From Chthoniobacterales bacterium (GTDB lineage: Bacteria > Verrucomicrobiota > Verrucomicrobiia > Chthoniobacterales > Chthoniobacteraceae): a stretch of DNA of 64,000 nucleotides. The DNA is taken from the NCBI GenBank assembly GCA_038207335.1, contig JBBQZX010000008.1:32001-96000 (forward strand), given 5' to 3'. This document shows, piece after piece, positions 56,385 to 64,000 of this stretch (position 1 is the first letter of the stretch; each line of letters starts with the position of its first letter). The notes beneath the pieces are model-generated. The model ran no database searches. It was not told where the DNA came from and worked only from the letters and a program-made list of their open reading frames with translations. The translations under genes and the position numbers were made by a program.

Positions 56385-59123
56385 TCAGTCCTTTTCGAGA
56401 ATCGCGCGCATCTTCGCGCGCAGCGTTCCGGGTTTGAACGGTTTTTGCATGAATCCTGCGAGCCCGCGCCCGGCGAAATTCGCGATCGCCTCCTGCTCGT
56501 TGAAGCCGCTCATCAGCAGCACGCACATGTGCGGATCGATCCGTCGCAGCTCCACGAACGCCTCGGTGCCATCCATCTCAGGCATCGTGAGATCGAGCAG
56601 CACTGCTGTGAACCGCGACGGTGCCGCGCGAAACTTCTCCACGGCTTCACGCCCGTTCTCCGCCATCACCACGCTGAAACCGATCGACTCGAGCATCCGT
56701 CCCGCGATGCGGCGCACAGTCTCTTCATCATCGACGACCAGCACGCATCCGGAGCCGCGCCACGTTTCTTCGTCCGGCTCGGAAGGCGCGATATCCTCAG
56801 CGACCCCCTCGGCGCACGGCAGCAGCAGCGTGAAAGTCGTTCCTCTCCCCGGCTCGCTGTCCACCCGCAGCGCTGCGTGATGCCCGCGCACGATCCCGAG
56901 CACAGCTGCGAGACCGAGACCGCGCCCGGTAAATTTCGTGGTGAAAAACGGGTCGAAGATCTTGGCCCGGATATCGGCGCTCATGCCGCAGCCGGTGTCC
57001 CTTACCTCAAGGAAAACATAGCTGCCGGGTGCCAGGTCCGATCCGAGGTGTGCGCCGGAAAATGTCGCGCGATCGGCATTCCGCAGGCCGGTGCGAATCC
57101 CGATGACGCCGCTATTTTCACCCATCGCATCGGAGGCGTTGATCACGAGATTCATGATGATCTGGCGGAGTTGCGTGGGGTCGGCGGAGATGGCAGGAAG
57201 GCTGCACTCGTTGTGGCATTCAAGGGTCGCGTTTTTGCTGATCGAGACGCGCAGCAGCGGCGCCATCTCGGCGATGAGCTGGCTCAAATCGAGTTGCTGG
57301 ATGACGAATCGCGCCTTGCCCGAGTAGGCCAGCATTTGCTTGCACAGCTCCGCCGCGCGCTGTGAGACGCGCTCGATTTGATCAAGGTAGGTCTGGATCG
57401 GCGAGGCCGGCTCGAGGTCCATGCGCGCGAGGCTGGCGTTGCCGAGGATGCCGGTGAGGAGGTTGTTAAAATCGTGTGCGATGCCGCCCGCGAGCACGCC
57501 GAGGCTTTCGAGCTTTTGCGTCTCCTGGAGTCGTCGGTCGAATTCCGCGCGCTCCTCGACCGCCGCGCGCTGCGCGGTCACATCCATCACCGCCCCGATC
57601 ATGCGCGTCACCTTCCCCGAACTGTCGCGCAGCACATCGCCGCGCGATGTGAGCCAGCGAACTGTGCCATCCGGCCACACGATGCGATGTTCGTGGAAAA
57701 TCTCATCGCCGCGATCCCACGCTCCGCGATTCACCGAGTCGATGCGCTCATGTTCGTCCGGATGAAGGCAGCGGTGATACATTTCGTATGTGCCATCGAA
57801 CGCGCCCGGCGCGATGCCGAAAATACGCTCTGTCTCCGGCGACCACGTCACGCGATTCGACTCGCGGTCCCACTCCCAAGTGCCCAGCTCCGCCGCGGAA
57901 AGTGCGAGCCGCAGCCGCGCGCCCTGATCAATCCCTTCCTCGATCATTCGCTGGCGCTCGACGAGGTCTTCCTCGAGTGCGAGCTGCGTGGCGTGCAGCG
58001 CGGCGGTGCGCTCGCTCACGAGCTGCTCGATCGCGGCAGTGCGCTTCTGCGCGCCTCGCACCGAGCCGGTGCCGAGAGCCGTCAGCAACAGTCCGATGGC
58101 AAAAAACTCGTAAGGATAAAAGCACCGCTGAGCCGCAATCCATTCCGCCGCCGGACGACAAAGCAGTGTCCACTCACGCCCATTTTCGCGCAGAGGAAAC
58201 ACGCGATGCATCCCGCTCTCAAAGCTCGCAATCGTCCGCGGCATCTCAGGATTCGCGCCATTGGCCACGCTCACGACTAAGATTTGCTCCGGCTCGCTGG
58301 GCGTCCGGTCGGCAAGCAACAGATCGAGTGAGCGGTCAGGCAACCCGAGCAAATCGGAGTCCATCAGCGCGCTGAACCGGAACTCGCCGAGCAGCACGCC
58401 CAGCAGTTTTGCGCGCCTTTCTTCAACAGTCGGCGGCGTCGAATCGGCCGCATAAACGGGCATGAAAACAAGCCAGCCGGGCTCTCCATTTTCGCTGCCA
58501 TAAAGCGGCACGCGTGGCGTCGCCACACGCTTGGCGGAATCGATGGCGAGTTCGATCTCCCGCCGGTGCAGGCCGTGGAGAAAATCGCTGCCGAGCGCCG
58601 AGCGGAGATTCTCAATCGGCTCCGTATAAAGCGCGGGCGCGTATCCGTCGCTCACCGGCGCGGGTTCGAGCGGTGAGCCGGGCTCGTGCTGTCGATTGAT
58701 GAAAAATGGTTTTTGCAGCCCTTCTCGCACGCGCGCCTCGAACTCGGCGCGCTGCTCTTGCCGCACATACGGCAGCCATTGCAGCGAATGCACGCCGGGG
58801 TGCCGCGCGCGCAGGTCGGCAGCGGTCCGGCGGAACTCGTCGGCGGTGACCTCCTCGGAGGAATCGTAAAGATTCCACATCGTGAAAATCACCTCGTCGT
58901 GATCGAGCAGCGTGTCACGCAGCGCCTGCGCCTGGCTGTGCGCGCGCCACTCGAATTCCTGCCGCGTGCGCGCTTCTTCGGTCCTCCACACATACGCAAA
59001 CACAGCGCATGAAAGCGCGACGCCGCCGAGCCAGATGGATGCAATGACCATTGACCGCCGCACCAGCGGGGGCCGCGGGCCAGCCCCCATCGCTGCCGCT
59101 GTAATCGGAGCGCTCACAGCCAT
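56385..59123 (-). CDS. Hybrid sensor kinase CHASE-PAS-HisKA-HATPase-REC (start uncertain)
   Basis: Two TM helices around a CHASE-like domain, GTWEWD PAS, LAGGIAHDFNNLL, FFTTKFTGRGLGL, LLDLTMP. Confidence 0.92.
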   Translation of the reverse strand: MAVSAPITAAAMGAGPRPPLVRRSMVIASIWLGGVALSCAVFAYVWRTEEARTRQEFEWRAHSQAQALRDTLLDHDEVIFTMWNLYDSSEEVTADEFRRTAADLRARHPGVHSLQWLPYVRQEQRAEFEARVREGLQKPFFINRQHEPGSPLEPAPVSDGYAPALYTEPIENLRSALGSDFLHGLHRREIELAIDSAKRVATPRVPLYGSENGEPGWLVFMPVYAADSTPPTVEERRAKLLGVLLGEFRFSALMDSDLLGLPDRSLDLLLADRTPSEPEQILVVSVANGANPEMPRTIASFESGMHRVFPLRENGREWTLLCRPAAEWIAAQRCFYPYEFFAIGLLLTALGTGSVRGAQKRTAAIEQLVSERTAALHATQLALEEDLVERQRMIEEGIDQGARLRLALSAAELGTWEWDRESNRVTWSPETERIFGIAPGAFDGTYEMYHRCLHPDEHERIDSVNRGAWDRGDEIFHEHRIVWPDGTVRWLTSRGDVLRDSSGKVTRMIGAVMDVTAQRAAVEERAEFDRRLQETQKLESLGVLAGGIAHDFNNLLTGILGNASLARMDLEPASPIQTYLDQIERVSQRAAELCKQMLAYSGKARFVIQQLDLSQLIAEMAPLLRVSISKNATLECHNECSLPAISADPTQLRQIIMNLVINASDAMGENSGVIGIRTGLRNADRATFSGAHLGSDLAPGSYVFLEVRDTGCGMSADIRAKIFDPFFTTKFTGRGLGLAAVLGIVRGHHAALRVDSEPGRGTTFTLLLPCAEGVAEDIAPSEPDEETWRGSGCVLVVDDEETVRRIAGRMLESIGFSVVMAENGREAVEKFRAAPSRFTAVLLDLTMPEMDGTEAFVELRRIDPHMCVLLMSGFNEQEAIANFAGRGLAGFMQKPFKPGTLRAKMRAILEKD

Positions 59124-59151
59124 TGAAATTACCGCTCGCCCACTCCCGCGG

Positions 59152-59183
59152 CAATCGCCAATCGCCAATCGGCAGTCGCCAAT
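59152..59183. repeat. Heptamer tandem repeat (CAATCGC)~4.5
   Basis: caatcgc caatcgc caatcgg cagtcgc caat. Confidence 0.8.
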
Positions 59184-59203
59184 GCACCCTCCCGCCCCGC
59201 GCG

Positions 59204-60100
59204 ATGCTGCCCTCTTTTCTCACAACGATTCTGTTTTCGTTCTCGGTGATTTTCGCCGCCCGCTCCGCCCGTGTGCTCGGCGCAGGCATTGCGAATCTTT
59301 GCCGCATTACCCTCGCCACCGCTCTCCTCGCGGCGTGGGCACACGGCTGGGGCGCCGGGCTCCACGGGCCGTCACTGCGCTGGTTTTTCCTCAGTGGCGT
59401 CGTCGGCTTTGGACTCGGAGACATGGCGCTTTTCGGCGCACTCCCGCGCATCGGTCCGCGGCTGTCGATCCTGCTGACTCAGTGCCTCGGCGCACCCATC
59501 GCCGCCGCTGCCGAGTGGGCATGGCTCGGCACCACATTGCGCCTCGCCGATGTGCTCTGCGCGATCGTAATCCTCGCGGGTGTCGCGCTCGCGCTCGCGC
59601 CCGATCGCGGCCTGAAAGTCGAGCGCCGCGTCTTTTGGTTCGGCGTCCTCTTCGGCGTCGGATCAGCCATGGGACAGGCTTTCGGGGCGGTCATCAGCCG
59701 CAAGGCGAACGGCGTCGCCGAGCTCGCGAATTTCCAAATCGACGGTGGAACCGCGGCATATCAACGCATCATCGGTGGCGTGCTCATCACCGCGCTCGCA
59801 TTCATTTTCATGCGGAAAGTGCGGCCCACGGTGCCCGAGGCAGACCCCGCGCGCTGGCGTCGCGGCTGGCCGCTTGTGGTGGGAAATGCGGTCGCAGGAC
59901 CCGCGCTCGGTGTCGGCTGCTACCAATGGGCGCTCAAGTCCACGCCGAGCGGAATCGTGCTGCCAATCGTCGCGACCTCACCTCTCGTCACGCTCATCCT
60001 CGCGCGCTTCATCGACGGCGAACGCCCGACGCGACGCGCGATCACCGGCGGCTTGATCGCCGTCGGCGGTGCCGTCGCGCTGAAGATCGCGCACGGATGA
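59204..60100 (+). CDS. DMT/EamA family transporter
   Basis: About 10 TM helices in two repeats; LSGVVGFGLGD. Confidence 0.85.
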   Translation: MLPSFLTTILFSFSVIFAARSARVLGAGIANLCRITLATALLAAWAHGWGAGLHGPSLRWFFLSGVVGFGLGDMALFGALPRIGPRLSILLTQCLGAPIAAAAEWAWLGTTLRLADVLCAIVILAGVALALAPDRGLKVERRVFWFGVLFGVGSAMGQAFGAVISRKANGVAELANFQIDGGTAAYQRIIGGVLITALAFIFMRKVRPTVPEADPARWRRGWPLVVGNAVAGPALGVGCYQWALKSTPSGIVLPIVATSPLVTLILARFIDGERPTRRAITGGLIAVGGAVALKIAHG

Positions 60101-60125
60101 GGGTGACGACGCGTTTCACCCTCCC

Positions 60126-61010
60126 CTACGCCCGCGGATGTGCGTCGTCGTAGGCGCTCTTGAGCCGTTCGATCGTCACGTGTGTGTAAATCTGCGTCGT
60201 CGAGAGGCTCGCGTGGCCGAGCAGCGATTGCACGCTGCGGAGGTCCGCACCGGCGTCGAGCATATGCGTCGCGAAGCTGTGCCGCAGCTTGTGCGGGCTG
60301 ATTTTCAACGCAATCGACGTATGCCCAAGATACCGTTTCAGCAGCAGCCAGACCGAGCGCGCGCTGAGCCGTTTGCGCAGTTTGCTGATGAAAAGCGGAC
60401 CTGCTTTCACATCCGCTGCGTGGCGGTATTTTTGGATCGCCTCCAGCGCGGGCGCGCCAACCGGCACCACGCGTTCCTTCCGCCCTTTTCCGAAGACGCG
60501 CACATTTTCGCTGAAGACATCGACGCTCGCCACATCGAGCCCGACGAGTTCCGAGAGCCGCAGCCCGCTGCTGTAAAAAAGCTCCATGATCGCCACATCG
60601 CGCAGCGGCATCCACACGGGCGCCTGGCCCTGTTTTTCGATCCGCAGCGGCGCGGTGAAAAGCTCGTCGATCTGCTTTCCCGTCAGCACGATGGGCAGCT
60701 TTTTCTCCAGCTTCGGCAGCAGCACTTCCTTCAGCGGGTTCACCTGCAGGCCGTGGCGTTCGCTCAGATATTTGTAAAAGGTACGCAGCGCCGCGAAGTG
60801 CATCCGAATGGTCGCCCGCGCCATCTCGCGCTTCGCCATCGTGAAAAGATGACGTCGGAAATGGTCGGCGTTCAGCTCCAGCCAGCCGGGTAGATTCGGC
60901 GTCTTGCGCAGCTCCGCGAGCGCATGGCGGTAATTCACGAGCGTCTGCGGCGAGACGTTGCGCTCGAATTCGAGCGCCTTGAAAAATCCGTCGGCGTAGC
61001 GGTCGCGCAT
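60126..61010 (-). CDS. xerC: Tyrosine recombinase XerC
   Basis: LFYSSGLRLSEL, GKGRKER, HKLRHSFATHMLDAGADLRSVQSLLGHASLSTTQIYTH. Confidence 0.88.
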   Translation of the reverse strand: MRDRYADGFFKALEFERNVSPQTLVNYRHALAELRKTPNLPGWLELNADHFRRHLFTMAKREMARATIRMHFAALRTFYKYLSERHGLQVNPLKEVLLPKLEKKLPIVLTGKQIDELFTAPLRIEKQGQAPVWMPLRDVAIMELFYSSGLRLSELVGLDVASVDVFSENVRVFGKGRKERVVPVGAPALEAIQKYRHAADVKAGPLFISKLRKRLSARSVWLLLKRYLGHTSIALKISPHKLRHSFATHMLDAGADLRSVQSLLGHASLSTTQIYTHVTIERLKSAYDDAHPRA

Positions 61011-61016
61011 GCAGGA

Positions 61017-61045
61017 GCTTTAGACAGGATCACCGATCCCGGCAA
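61017..61045 (-). promoter_or_regulatory. Putative xerC promoter TTGCCG-17-TAAAGC
   Basis: 6 nt upstream of the ATG; no Shine-Dalgarno sequence. Confidence 0.55.
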
Positions 61046-61106
61046 CGCGCGTGCGGCTCTAACGAGATCGCCAGGTACGCACGCCAGCCGGGATCAGCGA
61101 TCCCGG

Positions 61107-62384
61107 CTACAACCGCCCGATCGGCCCCAGCTCCACCGGCTGCGCGCTACTCCCCACATCGCCGACCCGCGCCGTGCCGCGCGCGAACGTCAGCGTCGCC
61201 GACCGCTGCTCCACTTTATCCGCCGACTCCGCCACGATCGGGATCGTGAAATCCCCATCCGGCAGCGTGAAATGATACCGGAACGTCCCGTCCGGGTTCA
61301 GCTTGATCTGCTTTCCCTCGATCCAGACCGTCGCATCCGGCGACGTGCCGCCGTAGAAAATGATCTCCGCATTTACGTGCATATAAAAGCCGCGCTCCGT
61401 CTTCGCGCTAAACGGCTGCGCGCTCCAACTCCCGCCCCAGCTCGACATCCCGCCGCTCGAGAGCCCGCCGACGATCCCGCTGAAAAGACTGCTCTCCGCC
61501 GAGGTCAGCGAGTCGTAAAACTTCGACGCCAGCCCGCTCGAGCTCTCGCTCTGCAGCCGCTCCGTAAGCTGCTTTCGCAGAAGTTGATCGATTTCGGCCG
61601 ACCCCAGCCCCACACGATCCACCAGGCTGTCGCCCAACAGCGCCGTCAGAAGCGCCCGCTGCGTCTCGCTCCACGATGGCACGCGCCCCGGCGCAAACGC
61701 GATCTCGCGCCCCTCGCCAGTGATCCGCGAAATCGCCTGCAGCAGCGACTCGCCATTCTGCATGTGCTCAGTCACCAGCATCAGCAGCCGCTCGAATGCG
61801 AGATGCGCCGGCACCGTCGCAAACTGCGCCTCCGTTTCCTCCGCCAGCGCATCCGGCGGAGTCTGCGCCGCCTCGGAACTTACGATCGAGCGCCACGCGC
61901 CGGCCTTTTCAAAAAAGCCGATCTCGCCGACATACGACGCGCCCGGCGTGCTCACCGGCACATACCAGTTCCGCGCCTCCGGCTTGATCTCCACCGTCGT
62001 CTCCTCCGCGCCCGCCGCCGTGCGGATTTTGAGAAAAAATTGCGCCACATTGTAGCGGTGCGCATTGGCCGGATACGCCGTCCAGTTGAAATCCCAGTAG
62101 CAAAACAGCCACCGCGGATCGCGCGCCACGAGGAAAATCGTGTCCTCGTAATAGCTCGCCGGCAGCGCGCCGAGGTCCTCGAATTCCGGCACCGCGCCCT
62201 CCCCACCGCCGCCGCTCGCGGGTGCCTCCTGCAGGCCCGCAGCCTCATATTTATGCACATCCGCCTCCACCGCCTCGCCGCTCACCGGCTCCTGCGAGAT
62301 GGAAAACGCGGATGTCTTTTTCACCTCCGCTTTCTCGTCAGAGTCAGCGGAAGTTGCGGATTGATCGGTGGTCTTCTTGTTCAT
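61107..62384 (-). CDS. DUF4912 domain protein
   Basis: LPASYYEDTIFLVARDPRWLFCYWD, RNWYV, YVGEIG; C-terminal VNAEIIFYGGT...DGTF. Confidence 0.85.
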   Translation of the reverse strand: MNKKTTDQSATSADSDEKAEVKKTSAFSISQEPVSGEAVEADVHKYEAAGLQEAPASGGGGEGAVPEFEDLGALPASYYEDTIFLVARDPRWLFCYWDFNWTAYPANAHRYNVAQFFLKIRTAAGAEETTVEIKPEARNWYVPVSTPGASYVGEIGFFEKAGAWRSIVSSEAAQTPPDALAEETEAQFATVPAHLAFERLLMLVTEHMQNGESLLQAISRITGEGREIAFAPGRVPSWSETQRALLTALLGDSLVDRVGLGSAEIDQLLRKQLTERLQSESSSGLASKFYDSLTSAESSLFSGIVGGLSSGGMSSWGGSWSAQPFSAKTERGFYMHVNAEIIFYGGTSPDATVWIEGKQIKLNPDGTFRYHFTLPDGDFTIPIVAESADKVEQRSATLTFARGTARVGDVGSSAQPVELGPIGRL

Positions 62385-62549
62385 AGTGGTTTCAGGTTCG
62401 TTTCAGTGCTGCTTTCAAAAAGGCGGTGCGGGCGTAAGTCCTCCAGACACATCTGTCAAACACGAATTTCTCACAAAACCTCGCTTTATGGCAAAATCAG
62501 GACACTCCCTGACTATTAGCGTCACAAATCCGCCACATTAGAATCCCGA

Positions 62550-63326
62550 ATGCTCACTAAACGCGTCATCCCCTGCCTCGATGTCCACGATGGAAAAGTC
62601 ACCCGCGGCCTGCAGTTCGGCCGCGCCGAGGAGGGTGGCCTGCGCAATGTCGGCGACCCCGTCGAGCTCGCAGTCCGCTACAACGACCAGGGCGCCGACG
62701 AGATGGTTTTCTTCGACATCACCGCCAGCGCCCACGGCCGCGGCACCATGATCGACGTCATCGAGCGAACCGCCGCGCGCTGCTTCATGCCGCTCACCGT
62801 CGGCGGCGGCATCCGCACCACCGACGACATGCACGCCATGCTCGGCGCGGGCGCGGATAAAATCAGCATCAACTCCAGCGCCCTCGCGACCCCCGAGCTC
62901 ATCGGCGCGGGAGCCCAGCGCTTTGGCAGCCAGTGCATCGTCGTCTCCATCGACGCGAAAAAGGTCGCGCCCGACCGCTGGGAAGTCTTCAGCCACGGCG
63001 GACGCCACTCCACCGGCCTCGACGCCGTCGAGTGGGCCACGCGCGCCACCGGCCTCGGCGCCGGCGAGATCGTCCTAAACTCCATCGACGCCGACGGCAC
63101 CAAAGCCGGCTACGACCTCACCATCACGCGCCGCATCAGCGAAGCCGTCGGCGTCCCCGTCGTCGCCAGCGGCGGTGCGGGCACCCTGGACCACATGGCC
63201 GAGGTGCTTTTGGAGGGAAAAGCCGACGCCGTCCTAGCCGCGAGCATTTTCCACTTCGGCACCTTTACCGTCGCCGATGTAAAGCAGCACCTCGCCGCCC
63301 GCGGCCTCCCCATGCGCATCGCGTAA
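62550..63326 (+). CDS. hisF: Imidazole glycerol phosphate synthase cyclase subunit
   Basis: [45 protein letters not shown]. Confidence 0.97.
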   Translation: MLTKRVIPCLDVHDGKVTRGLQFGRAEEGGLRNVGDPVELAVRYNDQGADEMVFFDITASAHGRGTMIDVIERTAARCFMPLTVGGGIRTTDDMHAMLGAGADKISINSSALATPELIGAGAQRFGSQCIVVSIDAKKVAPDRWEVFSHGGRHSTGLDAVEWATRATGLGAGEIVLNSIDADGTKAGYDLTITRRISEAVGVPVVASGGAGTLDHMAEVLLEGKADAVLAASIFHFGTFTVADVKQHLAARGLPMRIA

Positions 63327-63403
63327 CGAGCACGCGCCCCACTTTTCTCCTAGCGAAATCCCGCGCATTCCTGCCTCCTCTCCGTCCCGTCGATAGCACC
63401 TTC

Positions 63404-63424
63404 CGAAATTCAAAATTCAAAATC
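63404..63424. repeat. Heptamer tandem repeat (CAAAATT)x3, imperfect
   Basis: cgaaatt caaaatt caaaatc. Confidence 0.6.
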
Positions 63425-63431
63425 CCCCGCC

Positions 63432-64000
63432 ATGCGTTCCGACTTCCTCGTCTTTTCCCAGCCGGAAATCCTCCAGCCCGAAATCGATGAAGTCATCGAC
63501 TCCATGCAGAAATGCTGGCTCGGCACCGGGCCGAAAGTGGCCCAATTCAAGCGCGACTTTGCCGCCTACAAAGGCGCGCAGCACGTCACTGCCGTCAATT
63601 CCTGCACCGCCGCCCTGCACCTCAGCTGCCTCGTCGCCGGGCTGAAACCCGGCGACGAAGTCATCACCACCGCGCTCACATTTTGCGCCACGGTAAATGC
63701 CATCATCCACAGCGGCGCCACGCCCGTCCTCGCCGATTGCGAGCCCGGCACCCTGAATATCTCCCCCACGGATGTCGCCGCGAAAATCACGCCGCGCACC
63801 CGCGCCATCGTCCCCGTCCACTTCGCCGGGCGCCCTTGCGACATGGATGCGCTCCTTTTACTCGCCGAAAAGCACTGCCTGAAAATCATCGAAGACTGCG
63901 CCCACGCCATCGAGACCGAGTCCCGCGGGCGGAAGGCCGGCACCCTCGGCGACTTCGGATGCTTCAGCTTCTACGCGACCAAAAACGTATCCACCGGCGA
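63432..64000 (+). CDS. DegT/DnrJ/EryC1/StrS sugar aminotransferase (3'-truncated by the window edge)
   Basis: Hand translation: MRSDFLVFSQPEI...NSCTAALHL...PVHFAG...IEDCAHA...FSFYATKN. Confidence 0.92.
   Translation, partial: MRSDFLVFSQPEILQPEIDEVIDSMQKCWLGTGPKVAQFKRDFAAYKGAQHVTAVNSCTAALHLSCLVAGLKPGDEVITTALTFCATVNAIIHSGATPVLADCEPGTLNISPTDVAAKITPRTRAIVPVHFAGRPCDMDALLLLAEKHCLKIIEDCAHAIETESRGRKAGTLGDFGCFSFYATKNVSTG

Noticed and set aside
60126..61010. Tyrosine recombinase as the integrase of the RM cassette
   Set aside because: Size and motifs match housekeeping XerC; it is separated from the cassette by ordinary genes; no att repeats or tRNA seen.
62510..62524. TGAC-N7-GTCA inverted repeat between DUF4912 and hisF
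   Set aside because: Only 4-bp arms in a single occurrence; insufficient support.
1..64000. Window-wide CCWGG avoidance
   Set aside because: Sites are sparse in mutS, but at least three occur in phoA; this cannot be established without a proper count.
1..64000. CRISPR arrays, tRNA/rRNA genes, IS elements, prophage genes
   Set aside because: No repeat-spacer pattern, cloverleaf or rRNA signature, transposase or phage structural motif was seen; intergenic gaps are short.

Overview
A GC-rich bacterial chromosome segment. The gene families (CotH/lamin-tail protein, DUF4159, ThuA-PQQ fusion, MoxR-BatA-DUF4175 operon, DUF4912) point to Verrucomicrobia or another PVC-superphylum organism; this is an inference. 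It has about 46 CDSs. Housekeeping genes include hisG, hisF, mutS, xerC, hpf, crcB, rfbB and rfbD. Three genes are missing from the ORF track: a 57-aa entericidin-like lipoprotein, a 34-aa bS22/AURKAIP1-like basic protein and a truncated DegT aminotransferase. The most interesting loci are: (1) a controller-Dcm-MvaI/BcnI-unknown-Vsr restriction-modification cassette with an unusual methyltransferase/nuclease pairing; (2) an archaeal/Chloroflexi-like lipid-linked glycosylation locus; (3) a MoxR/VWA/TPR-protease system split into two blocks; (4) a Pho-box-like promoter followed by a terminator upstream of hpf, which may be an sRNA or an attenuator; (5) a recurrent TTGnnn-17-TAnnnn promoter a few nucleotides before start codons, suggesting near-leaderless transcripts. 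I saw no rRNA, tRNA, CRISPR array or transposase. All family calls come from motif recognition by eye, not database searches.
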